The notes under the pieces are model-generated. The model worked only from the letters and a program-made list of their open reading frames with translations, ran no database searches and was not told where the DNA came from. DNA of 64,000 nt. Origin: Candidatus Iainarchaeum sp. Its GTDB lineage: Archaea; B1Sed10-29; WALL01; JAGHAM01. Positions 1-9,644 of the stretch are shown here, piece by piece. Position 1 is the first letter of the stretch; each line of letters opens with the position of its first letter. The DNA is taken from contig JAGHAM010000023.1 in assembly GCA_021161465.1 (NCBI GenBank), forward strand, positions 8,895-72,894, given 5' to 3'. The translations under genes were made by a program, and so were the position numbers.

Positions 1-10
1 ATTTTAGAGC

Positions 11-760
11 ATGGAGAACGCAGTTGAATTCAAAATGCTTGAGAAGCCAAACATTAAAGGGTACACGTTAATTGAGGGCTTCCCAGGAATCGGTCTGATA
101 GGAACCATAGCAGTTGGATACCTTGCAGACAAGTTAAATGCCAGATGTATTGGTTACATACTTTCCAAAAGCTTCCCGCCCATGGCTTCAATCCACAAGG
201 GCAAACCAGTTCTGCCAGCCAGGATATATGTTGATGACAAGCACAAGCTGGTCCTGCTGTTCTCCGAGCTGGTTGTTCCATCCAGCGTAGTTTATGATAT
301 ATCAGAGGGTATCCTGAAATGGGCTGAGAAAAACAAGATAAAGAGAATAATATCCCTAGCTGGTATGACAGCAAGGTTAGGCATGGAAAACAAGAAGCCA
401 GAAGTGTATGGCATCGCCTCAAACGACAAAATAGCAAAAGAGCTTGTTGATAAAAATGTAAAACTGATAACTGAGGGTGTCACAACAGGAGTTTCTGGTA
501 TCCTCATGGCTAGGTGCAGGATAGACAGATTCCCTGCTATGAGCCTGCTTATAGAATCAATGAGGGGTTACCCTGACCCTGGAGCTGCCGCTGACCTCCT
601 TGAAAAACTGGAGAACTTCGTTGGGTTTGACATAAAGACAAAAGACCTTGTAGAAGAAGCCAGACAGATAGAGGCAAAGATGAAGAGGCTCCTAAGCAAC
701 GTTGGCACAAGTAAGAAGCAGTACGAGAGAGCGGAAAGACACTCCTTAATGTATGGGTAA
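11..760 (+). CDS. PAC2-family protein (proteasome assembly chaperone-like, DUF75)
   Basis: 249-aa ORF with an N-terminal GFPGIGLIGTIAVGYL motif and an overall fold signature typical of the archaeal PAC2/PbaA family. The starting M is only 10 nt from the window edge. Confidence 0.55.
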   Translation: MENAVEFKMLEKPNIKGYTLIEGFPGIGLIGTIAVGYLADKLNARCIGYILSKSFPPMASIHKGKPVLPARIYVDDKHKLVLLFSELVVPSSVVYDISEGILKWAEKNKIKRIISLAGMTARLGMENKKPEVYGIASNDKIAKELVDKNVKLITEGVTTGVSGILMARCRIDRFPAMSLLIESMRGYPDPGAAADLLEKLENFVGFDIKTKDLVEEARQIEAKMKRLLSNVGTSKKQYERAERHSLMYG

Positions 761-1675
761 ATAGGGTGTTTGTTTCTCCATTGAATCCAAGACTACCAAT
801 GTTTGGGTTCTAACCACATCCCCCTCTTTGTAGATGCCCTTAATGTTCCTGTAACACTCAGAAACATTTTTATTCCTAACTAAAGCTAACAGGTCGTAAT
901 TTGATGCAAGTGAAAACAACTCGTGGACATACCCCATAGATGCTAGATTTCTGGCTATCCTCTTCTGCTTCCCTGGTGCTGTATTTATCAATATGCAACT
1001 GACCAGCCCAAAACCAATGGTGTTGTAAACCTCAGGTTGGACTACAACACTTTTCTTCAGAAGTACGCCTTCCAGCCACATCTTCCTCCACTTTCTTGAA
1101 ACTGTGTTTCTGTGGATGCCAAGCATCTCGGACACCACCTTGAGTGACGCAGCAGGGTTGGATAACTTATAGTTCAGGATGGCAAGAGAGACATCATCCA
1201 AATGCGCTTCTTCCGTTGCTGGACTCGGAACCTGGTGAAGCTTATTAACCTGCACTACAGGTATTACAGAAACCTGTGATATCTCATCTTTAAAGTTGAT
1301 ACCAAACCACTCAATCAAGTTTATAATCTCCTCTGGCTCTGAGTAAAACACCTTAGCGACCATGTCAAACCGACCTGCCAAGTTTAAGACCGAAAAGATG
1401 TGAGGGTTAGACAGAATTTTGTTGGGTATCTCCTCAAAACCGGGGCTTAGCCTTGTCCTTAAGGTGCACCAAGCAGAGTATTTCAACCCAAGCTTGTATG
1501 GGTTCACTCTGTACCTATAACCCATAATGGCACCCTTGTTTTCCAGCTGCTTTATCTCATACGCAACAGTCTGAGGACTAAGCCTCAACTCTTTGCCAAT
1601 ATGAGAGATGGAATGCTGGGCTCCATTAAGCACCAGAAATCTCAACAAGCGAATTTCCCTCTCAGAGAAGTCCAT
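746..1675 (-). CDS. Lrp/AsnC-like transcriptional regulator, apparently with a duplicated HTH+RAM domain arrangement
   Basis: 309-aa ORF. The N-terminus (MDFSEREIRLLRFLVLNGAQHSISHIGKELRLSPQTVAYEIKQLENKGAI) is a typical Lrp winged HTH. A second HTH-like segment (LKVVSEMLGIHRNTVSRKWRKM) follows, with two RAM-like halves. Confidence 0.5.
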   Translation of the reverse strand: MDFSEREIRLLRFLVLNGAQHSISHIGKELRLSPQTVAYEIKQLENKGAIMGYRYRVNPYKLGLKYSAWCTLRTRLSPGFEEIPNKILSNPHIFSVLNLAGRFDMVAKVFYSEPEEIINLIEWFGINFKDEISQVSVIPVVQVNKLHQVPSPATEEAHLDDVSLAILNYKLSNPAASLKVVSEMLGIHRNTVSRKWRKMWLEGVLLKKSVVVQPEVYNTIGFGLVSCILINTAPGKQKRIARNLASMGYVHELFSLASNYDLLALVRNKNVSECYRNIKGIYKEGDVVRTQTLVVLDSMEKQTPYLPIH

Positions 1676-1837
1676 ATTCTCACTAATTTAATTTTATAAC
1701 CAGCATATATAAAAATAGCATATCCTTATCCTATAAATGCACAAAAAAACAAGAATCTCGTGTTCAATTTTATAGTAACCATTAATTAGTTGTTATTACA
1801 ACAAACAAAGTGTGGCGTAAGCCAAGGGGGTGGTGCC

Positions 1838-2068
1838 ATGGAGAAAGCAATCGGGGCTCACCTCACAGGGATAAATGAATTCCCAGATGCTCTCGTGAAA
1901 GCGGGGGAGGAAGCGTTTTTGGACGTGGTTCACGCCTTCCTCACAACAGTGCTGTTGACCTGTACCGGTGTTATATTGTTCAACCCGGTGCTCTTTAGGA
2001 ACACTGCCTTCGTGGCAGTGGTCGCTGGTATTGCCATCATTGACCTGCTCATCTCTCACAGAAAGTAG
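1838..2068 (+). CDS. hypothetical small membrane protein
   Basis: ORF 1790..2068. An internal ATG at 1838 is preceded by GGGGGTGGTG (SD-like). Hydrophobic C-terminal half (LTTVLLTCTGVILFNPVLF..VAVVAGIAIIDLLI). Confidence 0.3.
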   Translation: MEKAIGAHLTGINEFPDALVKAGEEAFLDVVHAFLTTVLLTCTGVILFNPVLFRNTAFVAVVAGIAIIDLLISHRK

Positions 2069-2129
2069 GTGAGCACCGTCTTTTCTTTTTTTGATTAAGC
2101 TTAAAATAAGGTATGGTGTAACGATTATT

Positions 2130-2852
2130 ATGGAAGGCACAAGGAGACTAAAAGACATAAAAAAAGAGCAAGGCAGGGCATTTAGGGAAAGAATCAATAG
2201 GATAGGGAGCCTCACAAGAGAGTCCAAGAAACCATTGGAGCGGTTCGTTGAACATTGGTACGATTCAAGCAGTGCTCCTGATAAATTGATTTGCGCGATA
2301 AACGGACACGCAGATATGCTTGTAGGGAAGAGAATTGTAGAAGAGAAGATAAAACAGGCAAGTGGAACCAAAAAGGAACAGTTGAAGGAAATCAAAAAAA
2401 TGTTTAAAGATGTTATAGAAGACCGAGAATCTTCTGAAAAGTTGTACACCTTATACAACAATATCATAGATAAGGCACCAACCCTACCTAGCCACTACAA
2501 TTCTTTAGTACACTCATCACCAGAGGAAGCCAAGGAATATTTCAAGAAGCATAAAGATAGCATAATAAAAAACCTGGAGAATTTGAAAGAACACCTAAAG
2601 GAAAACAAAGACTGGTATAGTAAAGGCAAACCAGCTGACCCTATGCAGGCAGATGCAAGAATGGTTATCTCAAATTATGGTGGAGTTAATTCTGTCATAA
2701 AAAAGTTAGGTAAGGCAATAGAAAATCTCAGGAAAGAGGATGCCCACGAAAAACTCGAAGAATTTGAAGGGCTCCATGATTTACATGGTCAAATCATCTT
2801 CGCCAGATCGCAGTTGTATCTAAAAAGAACCAAAGATAAGCTGAACATCTAA
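2130..2852 (+). CDS. hypothetical lysine/glutamate-rich soluble protein
   Basis: ORF 2091..2852 begins at a TTG. The first ATG at 2130 is preceded by an A/T-rich box (CTTAAAATAAGG). No recognisable family motifs. Confidence 0.4.
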   Translation: MEGTRRLKDIKKEQGRAFRERINRIGSLTRESKKPLERFVEHWYDSSSAPDKLICAINGHADMLVGKRIVEEKIKQASGTKKEQLKEIKKMFKDVIEDRESSEKLYTLYNNIIDKAPTLPSHYNSLVHSSPEEAKEYFKKHKDSIIKNLENLKEHLKENKDWYSKGKPADPMQADARMVISNYGGVNSVIKKLGKAIENLRKEDAHEKLEEFEGLHDLHGQIIFARSQLYLKRTKDKLNI

Positions 2853-2915
2853 AACAAGAAAAGTTTTTAAACTCCGAAGACCTAACTAAAAGTGCCTGAC
2901 TGGGGGGCTAAAACC

Positions 2916-3452
2916 ATGAAAATAAACGATTTTTTCAAACTTATGTCACCAAAGCTGACCGTGCTAGTTACAACTATCGATGAGAAAGGCAGGCCAGAGG
3001 TATCCACATTCTCCTTTGTATCTCCAGTTTCATTTGAGCCACCACTGCTTATGATATCTGTTGGCCCAAACAAGCATAGTTACTGGAACTTAACCAGAGT
3101 CAAAGAATTTGTCGTTAATATCCCCAGTGAAAAAATGCTCGAGAAGGTATGGGAAGCAGGAGGTAAATATGACCCAGGCGAAAGCAAGATAGAGAAGTTT
3201 GGGTTTAAGACAATACCCAGCGACAAAGTTAGGCCCCCAAGGCTTGCTGATTGCCCTGCCCAGATAGAGTGCTATGAAGAATTCTCAAAGCAGGCTGGAG
3301 ACCATATAATGCTGCTTGGCCGGGTTGTCGCAGTCCATGCCGATGATGAGTTCGTTGACTCCAAAGGGAACCTAAAGGTTGATGTTGTCAGGCCACCACT
3401 ACACGTAAGTGATAACCTGTTTGCATTCCCGTATGTAACCAAGAGTGTTTAG
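2916..3452 (+). CDS. flavin reductase-like (FMN-binding split-barrel) domain protein
   Basis: Sequence pattern KLMSPKLTVLVTTIDEKGRPEVSTFSFVSPVSFEPPLLMISVGP...GDHIMLLGRVVAVHADDEF is typical of the flavin reductase/HpaC-like family. Start chosen at ATG 2916 (MKIND) after GGGGGC. Confidence 0.55.
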   Translation: MKINDFFKLMSPKLTVLVTTIDEKGRPEVSTFSFVSPVSFEPPLLMISVGPNKHSYWNLTRVKEFVVNIPSEKMLEKVWEAGGKYDPGESKIEKFGFKTIPSDKVRPPRLADCPAQIECYEEFSKQAGDHIMLLGRVVAVHADDEFVDSKGNLKVDVVRPPLHVSDNLFAFPYVTKSV

Positions 3453-4405
3453 AGTTTGCTCTTAGTGCGAAGTTTCTCTTCCACAGCTGAAACCAGTAGC
3501 GGTAGCAGTACTGTTGCATCACCCTGGACAGTGACCTGCTTTGCGTTTTCCTTGATTTTCCCCCAGCTGATTCCCTCTCGTACCCGGGCGCCGCTTAGCG
3601 AGCCGTCATACTCAATCGCTGTGGTGATTCCAACTGCATAGTCCAAACCTCCCCTGAACTGATTCCACCAGATAGTATGGTGCTTGGATATGCCTCCACC
3701 AATCATAATCGCACCTGCCTTAGGCGCGTCGAATACTATTTCTGCCAGCTTGTTCTCATCCAGGAACAGGTTAACCACAAAGTCCTTGTGGTCCTGCCAG
3801 AAGAAGAAAAGCTGTGACCCGACTGCACCATCGGTTATGCCAGGGATGAATACAGGGATTTTATTCTTCCAAGCCCAGTAGATTATAGACTCCTTAGCCT
3901 TTTTCTCCTTGGCAATCTCCCTACCAAGAGCCCACACCAACTCATGTGTGGATATCTCTTTTTTCTCCTTGTATATTTTAGCCAGCATTGGCTGAAGCTT
4001 CTTCTCTAGAATTATCCCATAACTCTCCAAAGGAGCGAATATGTTGCCAATCCGATTTATGCCCTTCCTGTGAAGCTCAACATCATTAGCCTGAAAGCTT
4101 CCATGGTAGTAATTCCTCCAGAGCCTGGCAAGGTCATAGTCCAGCATACCACTGGCTGTCATTATTGCCTGGACTCGCTTCTTCCTAACTAGCTCTGTGA
4201 GGATACCACGAGTCCCTGTAGATGCTATGCACGCGGGGAAAGATAGGAAATTAACGCATTCCCCCTTTTCTGCCTCCCTAAACATCCTCTCCACTATCTT
4301 AGCTGCTGTTCCCAGGTGCTTGGCAGTAAAGCCACCAGCCTCGAACATCTCATCGACAAGTTCCCCTGTCGACTTAGTTGCATGGATATCTTTAACTGTT
4401 TTCAT
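3449..4405 (-). CDS. dys: deoxyhypusine synthase
   Basis: 318 aa. Full-length similarity pattern to DHS (N-terminal HxxKSTGELVDEMFEAGGF, NAD-binding GGG-rich core MIGGGISKHH, C-terminal lysine region). Overlaps the upstream flavin reductase-like gene by 4 nt (convergent). Confidence 0.8.
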   Translation of the reverse strand: MKTVKDIHATKSTGELVDEMFEAGGFTAKHLGTAAKIVERMFREAEKGECVNFLSFPACIASTGTRGILTELVRKKRVQAIMTASGMLDYDLARLWRNYYHGSFQANDVELHRKGINRIGNIFAPLESYGIILEKKLQPMLAKIYKEKKEISTHELVWALGREIAKEKKAKESIIYWAWKNKIPVFIPGITDGAVGSQLFFFWQDHKDFVVNLFLDENKLAEIVFDAPKAGAIMIGGGISKHHTIWWNQFRGGLDYAVGITTAIEYDGSLSGARVREGISWGKIKENAKQVTVQGDATVLLPLLVSAVEEKLRTKSKL

Positions 4406-4424
4406 AATTTAACCTCCTGAAAAA

Positions 4425-7400
4425 TCAAGGTGTTTCGCGCTTCTTCTTTTTAGAGTAAACGCGGGCAAGGAATATCCCGCCAACTAGAGCCAGTGCGTAA
4501 ATCACAACTGTCCAGTCTGCCGGCCTTATCGGAACCTTTATTCCACCAGTGCCATTTAGATTCGGGTAGTTCGTTAATCCAGTGTCAACTGCACTTGGCT
4601 GCAACAGTGGCGGCTCTGTCCTTCCAGTGATTGGATTGAAACCAACTTTGCTGAAATCGTTGTTTAGCTGTATTGGTTGGCCATTGACAAAAACGTAATT
4701 ATTTGTATTTGGGTCATACTTGATGGCCCCACCCGTGCCCCTAATCCAGTCAACTATCCTTGGCTCTGTGAGCTGTTTGCCATTCCCGTCATGTATGTGA
4801 ATCTCAGTGGCGCCATTCGGCAAAGTCTTCAAGCATACCTCTCTAAGTAGATTCGCCTGTATGTGTTCCTTGCCCTCCTCATAAATTTTTATGCAGCCAG
4901 TATCCTCATCAATCTCTATCTGGCTTCCGTCGTAGGTCTCTCTCTTGCCATCGTACCATAGGTCCATCTTGGTCCTGTTATCTTTTCCAGTGTAGAACCT
5001 GAATCCTGCCGTTTCATTGGCATCGATTTTGCCGTTCCCATTAAGGTCTTTGGATGCGTCCACCCTGGTTATTATGCCAAGCTTGTCTCCTCCAGGTATC
5101 CTCGTGTTGGAACCATTGATGCCAATCAGTCTACCATACTCATCATTAACCTCCAGTGGCGCGCCCGTGTCAGAAACCAATGGCTGGCCCTTGGTAGCCC
5201 TCAGCCAGTCCATCGCAGTCATTGGCGGCTTGAAGTACTTTGGAACTATGTATATCCTATCTCCCTTCTTGATTATCACGCCACCCTCGAAAACTGCCGA
5301 CTTGAATGCAAAACTCTCGTTGTTGAACTTGACATTACCCATCCCAGTCACGGTGAGTTTCTCTGCGCTGTATTTGAACGAACCATCTACGTAATCCATC
5401 TCCCAGCGGTAATGCCCATTGTAGTCCATATTGGGATATATGGCACCCTTGTCCGTCTCTATGTCCCTCAGTGGGCCCATGCTTCTTGCAAGCTCATCGA
5501 AGTGCTCTCCGGAGAATTTAGCTATCACCATCGGGTTAAAGCTAACTACCTTTCCGCTTGGGTCCGATATGAATATCGGGCAGTCCGTGGTTTCATTCAT
5601 GTTAACAACCACAGCGGTATTTGGTATCACCATTGCAGGTAAGGTTTCATCCATCCACCTGAATGGCACAAGGTCATCGGAAACTATCGTCCTGTTACCA
5701 ACTATTAGATTCCTATTGTTTATTGTAACACATAGCGAATCGTTAACATCATTGCCTTCCATCGGGCAAAGGTGGATTGGCAGGTTGCTCGTGAGCCAGT
5801 CTATCTTGGCATCCTTAAGGTGCACGTAATAAATGCGCTTAAATGCTACCCTGCCAGTAGCATTCTCCATCTCCGAGTGGATATTCATCTGCATCTGCGC
5901 AGGCTTCAACATGCTGTCATTCTTATCTTTGCTGAAGCCTTCGAGGAAGTCGTTAAGTGGCAGATTCTCAAGCCCTGGCAAACCTTTCAACTGCTTGGAC
6001 TGCTCCTCCTCAGCCTTAAGCACTGAAGGGTCTTCATACTGTGAACCACCAACAACCATAAAGGACCTCTCACTGCAGGTAAGCAGGTCCTGCATACACT
6101 CTGAAGTAACTTCCATCTTGCCTTTTATCTTTCCGGGTCCTGCTAGCACTACATAGTCAACAAGACCCAATCCTATGTTAAGAGGAGTTAAAACCATTGA
6201 GTTCTGTGTGATAGATTGGATAATCCCGCTTGTCCCGAGCCAGATACTCATCATACCTATCTTGGCTTCGCAACTGGCTTCCACAGCCTCGCATGGAGGT
6301 CTCTTCACGCAATCAAGACCGCCACCAGTGTAATTGGTCTGCGAATAGCATTTCTCAAGGTCCTTCATAGATGTCAATTTTGTCGTCAAGAATGTCTTGG
6401 TTCCACCAGAAATGGCTTTCCCTGCCAAACCAAGGATTAAAGGTGCAATGGCATACTTGGTAACAGGAATTGCAGGCCACAAATAGACTATAGAAGAAAC
6501 GCCAATTAAGCTGGTTTGTGTACCCCAGTCACGAAGCTTTTCTGACATCGACCAACTGAACGGGAAAACGTTCTTGACCTCACCAGGATTACCAAGGATA
6601 TGTTGATATACATCAATATCTGAGGTCCTCATGCCCAAAGCTGTCGTGGCTTTCCCATTAGCAATATCCATTGATGCTGGGTCCTCAACCATGACCATCA
6701 CCTGGTTCTCCCAGTCGCGCAACCGCATCAAGTAACCGTTGCTAGTTGGTTCTATCTTGGTAATTCCCTTGGGCTTTGCCCTCTGGACTTCTATTATACC
6801 TGGGTAATGCTCATACATTATGCCACCGAACAACAAGTTCTGCCCAAGCTCACTGTATTTTGTTGCAACAACAGAATTCAACCCAGAAGAAACCAAGAAA
6901 TCCCTGAGAGTTTTACCAACTATATATCCACCAAAACCGGAACCATAAAAAGCACTTATGCTCTTAGGCACACCTATTAGGATTATATAAGATTTTGGTG
7001 TCAGCAATGCCCCAGTTTCACTGGGGTCCCAATGAAAACTCAATCCTGGAGCAGTAAGTGTAAGATACCCCTGCTTTTCGAATAGGAGTCCTGTCAGGTG
7101 CAAACCATAAGCTATCAGTGTGATTGGCCTAGCAATGAAATAAAGTCCTTGCACAAAAGCAAACAGGGACTTCTGTGGGAGCCTTAAGGCACGTATCACA
7201 AGAGGATTAGTAACTTTAGTGCTCTCAGTACCAGACGATAATATTCTTCCCTTCCTACCAATCCAACTAGCACCAAAAAATTCTCTTTCTTTAGTGAACC
7301 ATCGGGTATATCTCGGTAAGTTATCAACAGGCTTGGACTGGTAACCTGTTCTTACCATCCTGAAGATTTCATTCGTTGGCTCCTTCTTCATAGTTGATAG

Positions 7401-8981
7401 CTCAGACAAGGCTGTCCTAAAACTAACTGTATCTTCAGCGGACGCCGCTCTATGAGCTGCCTTGAGAAGTTTCTCTTCATCTCTTAAAGCATCATAATAA
7501 CTTGAGATGGCTCTTAAATCTTGGGGATCCATGATTTCTGCCACTTTTCCTTCCTTAATTAGCCCTACCTTTTTGCATTTACCGAAAAGCTCATACGATC
7601 TTGTATGCTTCATTAAGTCATATGTGTTATGTACCTCCAGTTTACTCAACACATCAGTGCCAGTGATTGAAAAACTCCCTGATGGCAGGATTTCATAGGA
7701 CTTTATGACCTTATCCACTGCATCATCTGTGAACCCAAACCCATGTAGCACACTCTTAGCTGACTGCATATCCTTTCCTTCCAGAGCCATGGTCAGCTTA
7801 TTCGTAAACTCAGTTTCTTTAACGAGGTCCCCCTCACCTGTCATATCATTTATGACTTTAGCCAGCTTGTTTGAAAATATATCATCAGCATCATCGGTGT
7901 GCCTGATAAGGTCATCTAATTTATTCAAAACAGATGACCGTTTAAGTTCCTTTGATCTAAGAAGCGCCTTCACCTCATCATCCATATTGTCAAGATGCTT
8001 CTGAAGGGTGATTATATCCGTATCTGAGTCCAAAAATAGCTTCCTAGCATTCTCATTAGCCCTTGCAGTTTGTTTTAGAAACAAAGAGTCTCTTTTGAAT
8101 ATCTTTGAAACTGCAGGTTTTAGAAGGCTCCCGAAGGCATAAGCCATGAACACAAACTGCGTCGCACCATCAAACCAGGCGAGAGACTTCATTCTAGTGG
8201 TGAAATACATATATGTTCTTGGAATCACAAAAACCGAACCACCAGCAGGGAAAACTGCCATAGTTGTGGTCCACTTGCTTGCTTTTAGCCTTGATGGATT
8301 GAGAGAAACATAACCCCATGCACCTGCATCTGAGTGCAAGGATAGACTGTTTATTGCTGTAATCCAATTGCTACCAACGGTTTCAGCAGTTTTGTTAATA
8401 AACCCTGTTGTATACCCACCGGGCTTTATGTTGAAGTCATCTGTCTTCTCACCGTTCCTCTTGGTGCAAATGCCCTCACTGGTTTCATTAATCGGCAACT
8501 CGGGGCATATGGCAAGGTCCTCACCCATCTCACCACCATACTCAACCCGGCCATCAATGCTTGTGCCTATGAGCCATTCATTGTTTGACCTCATTCTATC
8601 ATTCAAAACTGGCGAGTAGTAAACAATGCCATCGGGTCCCATGAAATACAAATTGTATTTTTCCAGACGTTTCTGGGACTCAGTTTTTTGAGTGTTATTT
8701 AAGCCAAATTTCTCAGCAGCTTGCTGCTCGCGGTAGCGCTCTGCGCTGGTTGCAACATCCTGCGTAACTATGCCCTGGATGGCAACGGCCTCATCTCTAT
8801 CAAGGTTTATAACCTCCAACCCTGACAATGCACACATCGTTGTTGTGGCGGGGAGTTCACTATTGCTATCCCCTTCGCCAGCTGTATTGTTCTCCTGTGC
8901 CATGACTGCAATCGGCCAGAAGGAAGAAGCTAACAAGATAAAAACAAAAATTAAGGCACCAGTCCAGCGCGGGGAATTCAT
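4425..8981 (-). CDS. very large secreted surface protein with signal peptide and C-terminal TM anchor plus polybasic tail
   Basis: ORF 4425..9059 begins at TTG. The first ATG (8981) gives MNSPRWTGALIFVFILLASSFWPIAVMAQEN, a signal peptide. An A/T box (TTTTATATATT) sits about 20 nt upstream on the minus strand. The C-terminus (PADWTVVIYALALVGGIFLARVYSKKKKRETP) is a TM helix plus a basic tail. Many N-x-S/T sequons. Confidence 0.7.
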   Translation of the reverse strand: MNSPRWTGALIFVFILLASSFWPIAVMAQENNTAGEGDSNSELPATTTMCALSGLEVINLDRDEAVAIQGIVTQDVATSAERYREQQAAEKFGLNNTQKTESQKRLEKYNLYFMGPDGIVYYSPVLNDRMRSNNEWLIGTSIDGRVEYGGEMGEDLAICPELPINETSEGICTKRNGEKTDDFNIKPGGYTTGFINKTAETVGSNWITAINSLSLHSDAGAWGYVSLNPSRLKASKWTTTMAVFPAGGSVFVIPRTYMYFTTRMKSLAWFDGATQFVFMAYAFGSLLKPAVSKIFKRDSLFLKQTARANENARKLFLDSDTDIITLQKHLDNMDDEVKALLRSKELKRSSVLNKLDDLIRHTDDADDIFSNKLAKVINDMTGEGDLVKETEFTNKLTMALEGKDMQSAKSVLHGFGFTDDAVDKVIKSYEILPSGSFSITGTDVLSKLEVHNTYDLMKHTRSYELFGKCKKVGLIKEGKVAEIMDPQDLRAISSYYDALRDEEKLLKAAHRAASAEDTVSFRTALSELSTMKKEPTNEIFRMVRTGYQSKPVDNLPRYTRWFTKEREFFGASWIGRKGRILSSGTESTKVTNPLVIRALRLPQKSLFAFVQGLYFIARPITLIAYGLHLTGLLFEKQGYLTLTAPGLSFHWDPSETGALLTPKSYIILIGVPKSISAFYGSGFGGYIVGKTLRDFLVSSGLNSVVATKYSELGQNLLFGGIMYEHYPGIIEVQRAKPKGITKIEPTSNGYLMRLRDWENQVMVMVEDPASMDIANGKATTALGMRTSDIDVYQHILGNPGEVKNVFPFSWSMSEKLRDWGTQTSLIGVSSIVYLWPAIPVTKYAIAPLILGLAGKAISGGTKTFLTTKLTSMKDLEKCYSQTNYTGGGLDCVKRPPCEAVEASCEAKIGMMSIWLGTSGIIQSITQNSMVLTPLNIGLGLVDYVVLAGPGKIKGKMEVTSECMQDLLTCSERSFMVVGGSQYEDPSVLKAEEEQSKQLKGLPGLENLPLNDFLEGFSKDKNDSMLKPAQMQMNIHSEMENATGRVAFKRIYYVHLKDAKIDWLTSNLPIHLCPMEGNDVNDSLCVTINNRNLIVGNRTIVSDDLVPFRWMDETLPAMVIPNTAVVVNMNETTDCPIFISDPSGKVVSFNPMVIAKFSGEHFDELARSMGPLRDIETDKGAIYPNMDYNGHYRWEMDYVDGSFKYSAEKLTVTGMGNVKFNNESFAFKSAVFEGGVIIKKGDRIYIVPKYFKPPMTAMDWLRATKGQPLVSDTGAPLEVNDEYGRLIGINGSNTRIPGGDKLGIITRVDASKDLNGNGKIDANETAGFRFYTGKDNRTKMDLWYDGKRETYDGSQIEIDEDTGCIKIYEEGKEHIQANLLREVCLKTLPNGATEIHIHDGNGKQLTEPRIVDWIRGTGGAIKYDPNTNNYVFVNGQPIQLNNDFSKVGFNPITGRTEPPLLQPSAVDTGLTNYPNLNGTGGIKVPIRPADWTVVIYALALVGGIFLARVYSKKKKRETP

Positions 8982-9033
8982 GCTTAGATATACTAACAAA
9001 GAATATATAAAACTAAGCGTATTTGCATGGAAC

Positions 9034-9612
9034 TCATCTTCCCAATAAACCGCGTTCAACTAACTTTTCATGAATAGAGGACACTCCAACATACCAGAAC
9101 CAATAGAAGCCAACCAGCACAACCAGCAGAGTCAGCCTGAAAAACAGCGAGTGCAGGAAAACCATGACTGGAGCTCCAAACCATACGCCAGATGCTAAGG
9201 TCAGGGCAATCCTAATAGGGTTGATTAAAAGCACGAACAAGAAACCAGCAATAGCGCCTACAAACCGGTTTCTCCAGCTCCTGTCCTCGGTTGCCAGTAT
9301 AGCTCCAATCAAAATTGCCAGCTCTAAATCACCAACGCAGAGTGGTAGGATCTCCACAGGTAAAGCGAAAACTCCTGTGAGCGTTGGTGGGTTGGTGCAA
9401 AATGCAGTAGTTGATACACCAAACAAAATCAAAACCCAACTTGTTAAAACAGCAGTAACCCACTCAAATTCGTGCATGAACTGCGAAACTATGAAGTAGC
9501 AAGTCAAACCAAAAACGGATAGAAGAACTAAAAAACGCGCGCCCTTCAGAAGCTCCTGCTTGTTGAAAAGTTTAATGGAAGCTTTCTTAGTACGAGGCGA
9601 ATTCGACACCAT
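9034..9612 (-). CDS. small polytopic membrane protein, candidate exosortase/archaeosortase-like
   Basis: 192 aa, about 6 TM helices. Cys92 lies inside a TM helix (EILPLCVGDLELAIL), followed by conserved-looking Arg residues (R111/R114/R116, R134, R159). The Cys-Arg spacing resembles the exosortase/archaeosortase family. Lies immediately upstream of the large protein with a tripartite C-terminus. Confidence 0.3.
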   Translation of the reverse strand: MVSNSPRTKKASIKLFNKQELLKGARFLVLLSVFGLTCYFIVSQFMHEFEWVTAVLTSWVLILFGVSTTAFCTNPPTLTGVFALPVEILPLCVGDLELAILIGAILATEDRSWRNRFVGAIAGFLFVLLINPIRIALTLASGVWFGAPVMVFLHSLFFRLTLLVVLVGFYWFWYVGVSSIHEKLVERGLLGR

Positions 9613-9644
9613 GTTTTTTATACTAGGTATTATTCTATTTAACT

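Noticed and set aside
5017-8004. Multiple 60-130-aa plus-strand ORFs inside the 1518-aa minus-strand gene
   Set aside because: These are antisense ORFs within a long, well-supported coding region. They have low complexity and no start signals.
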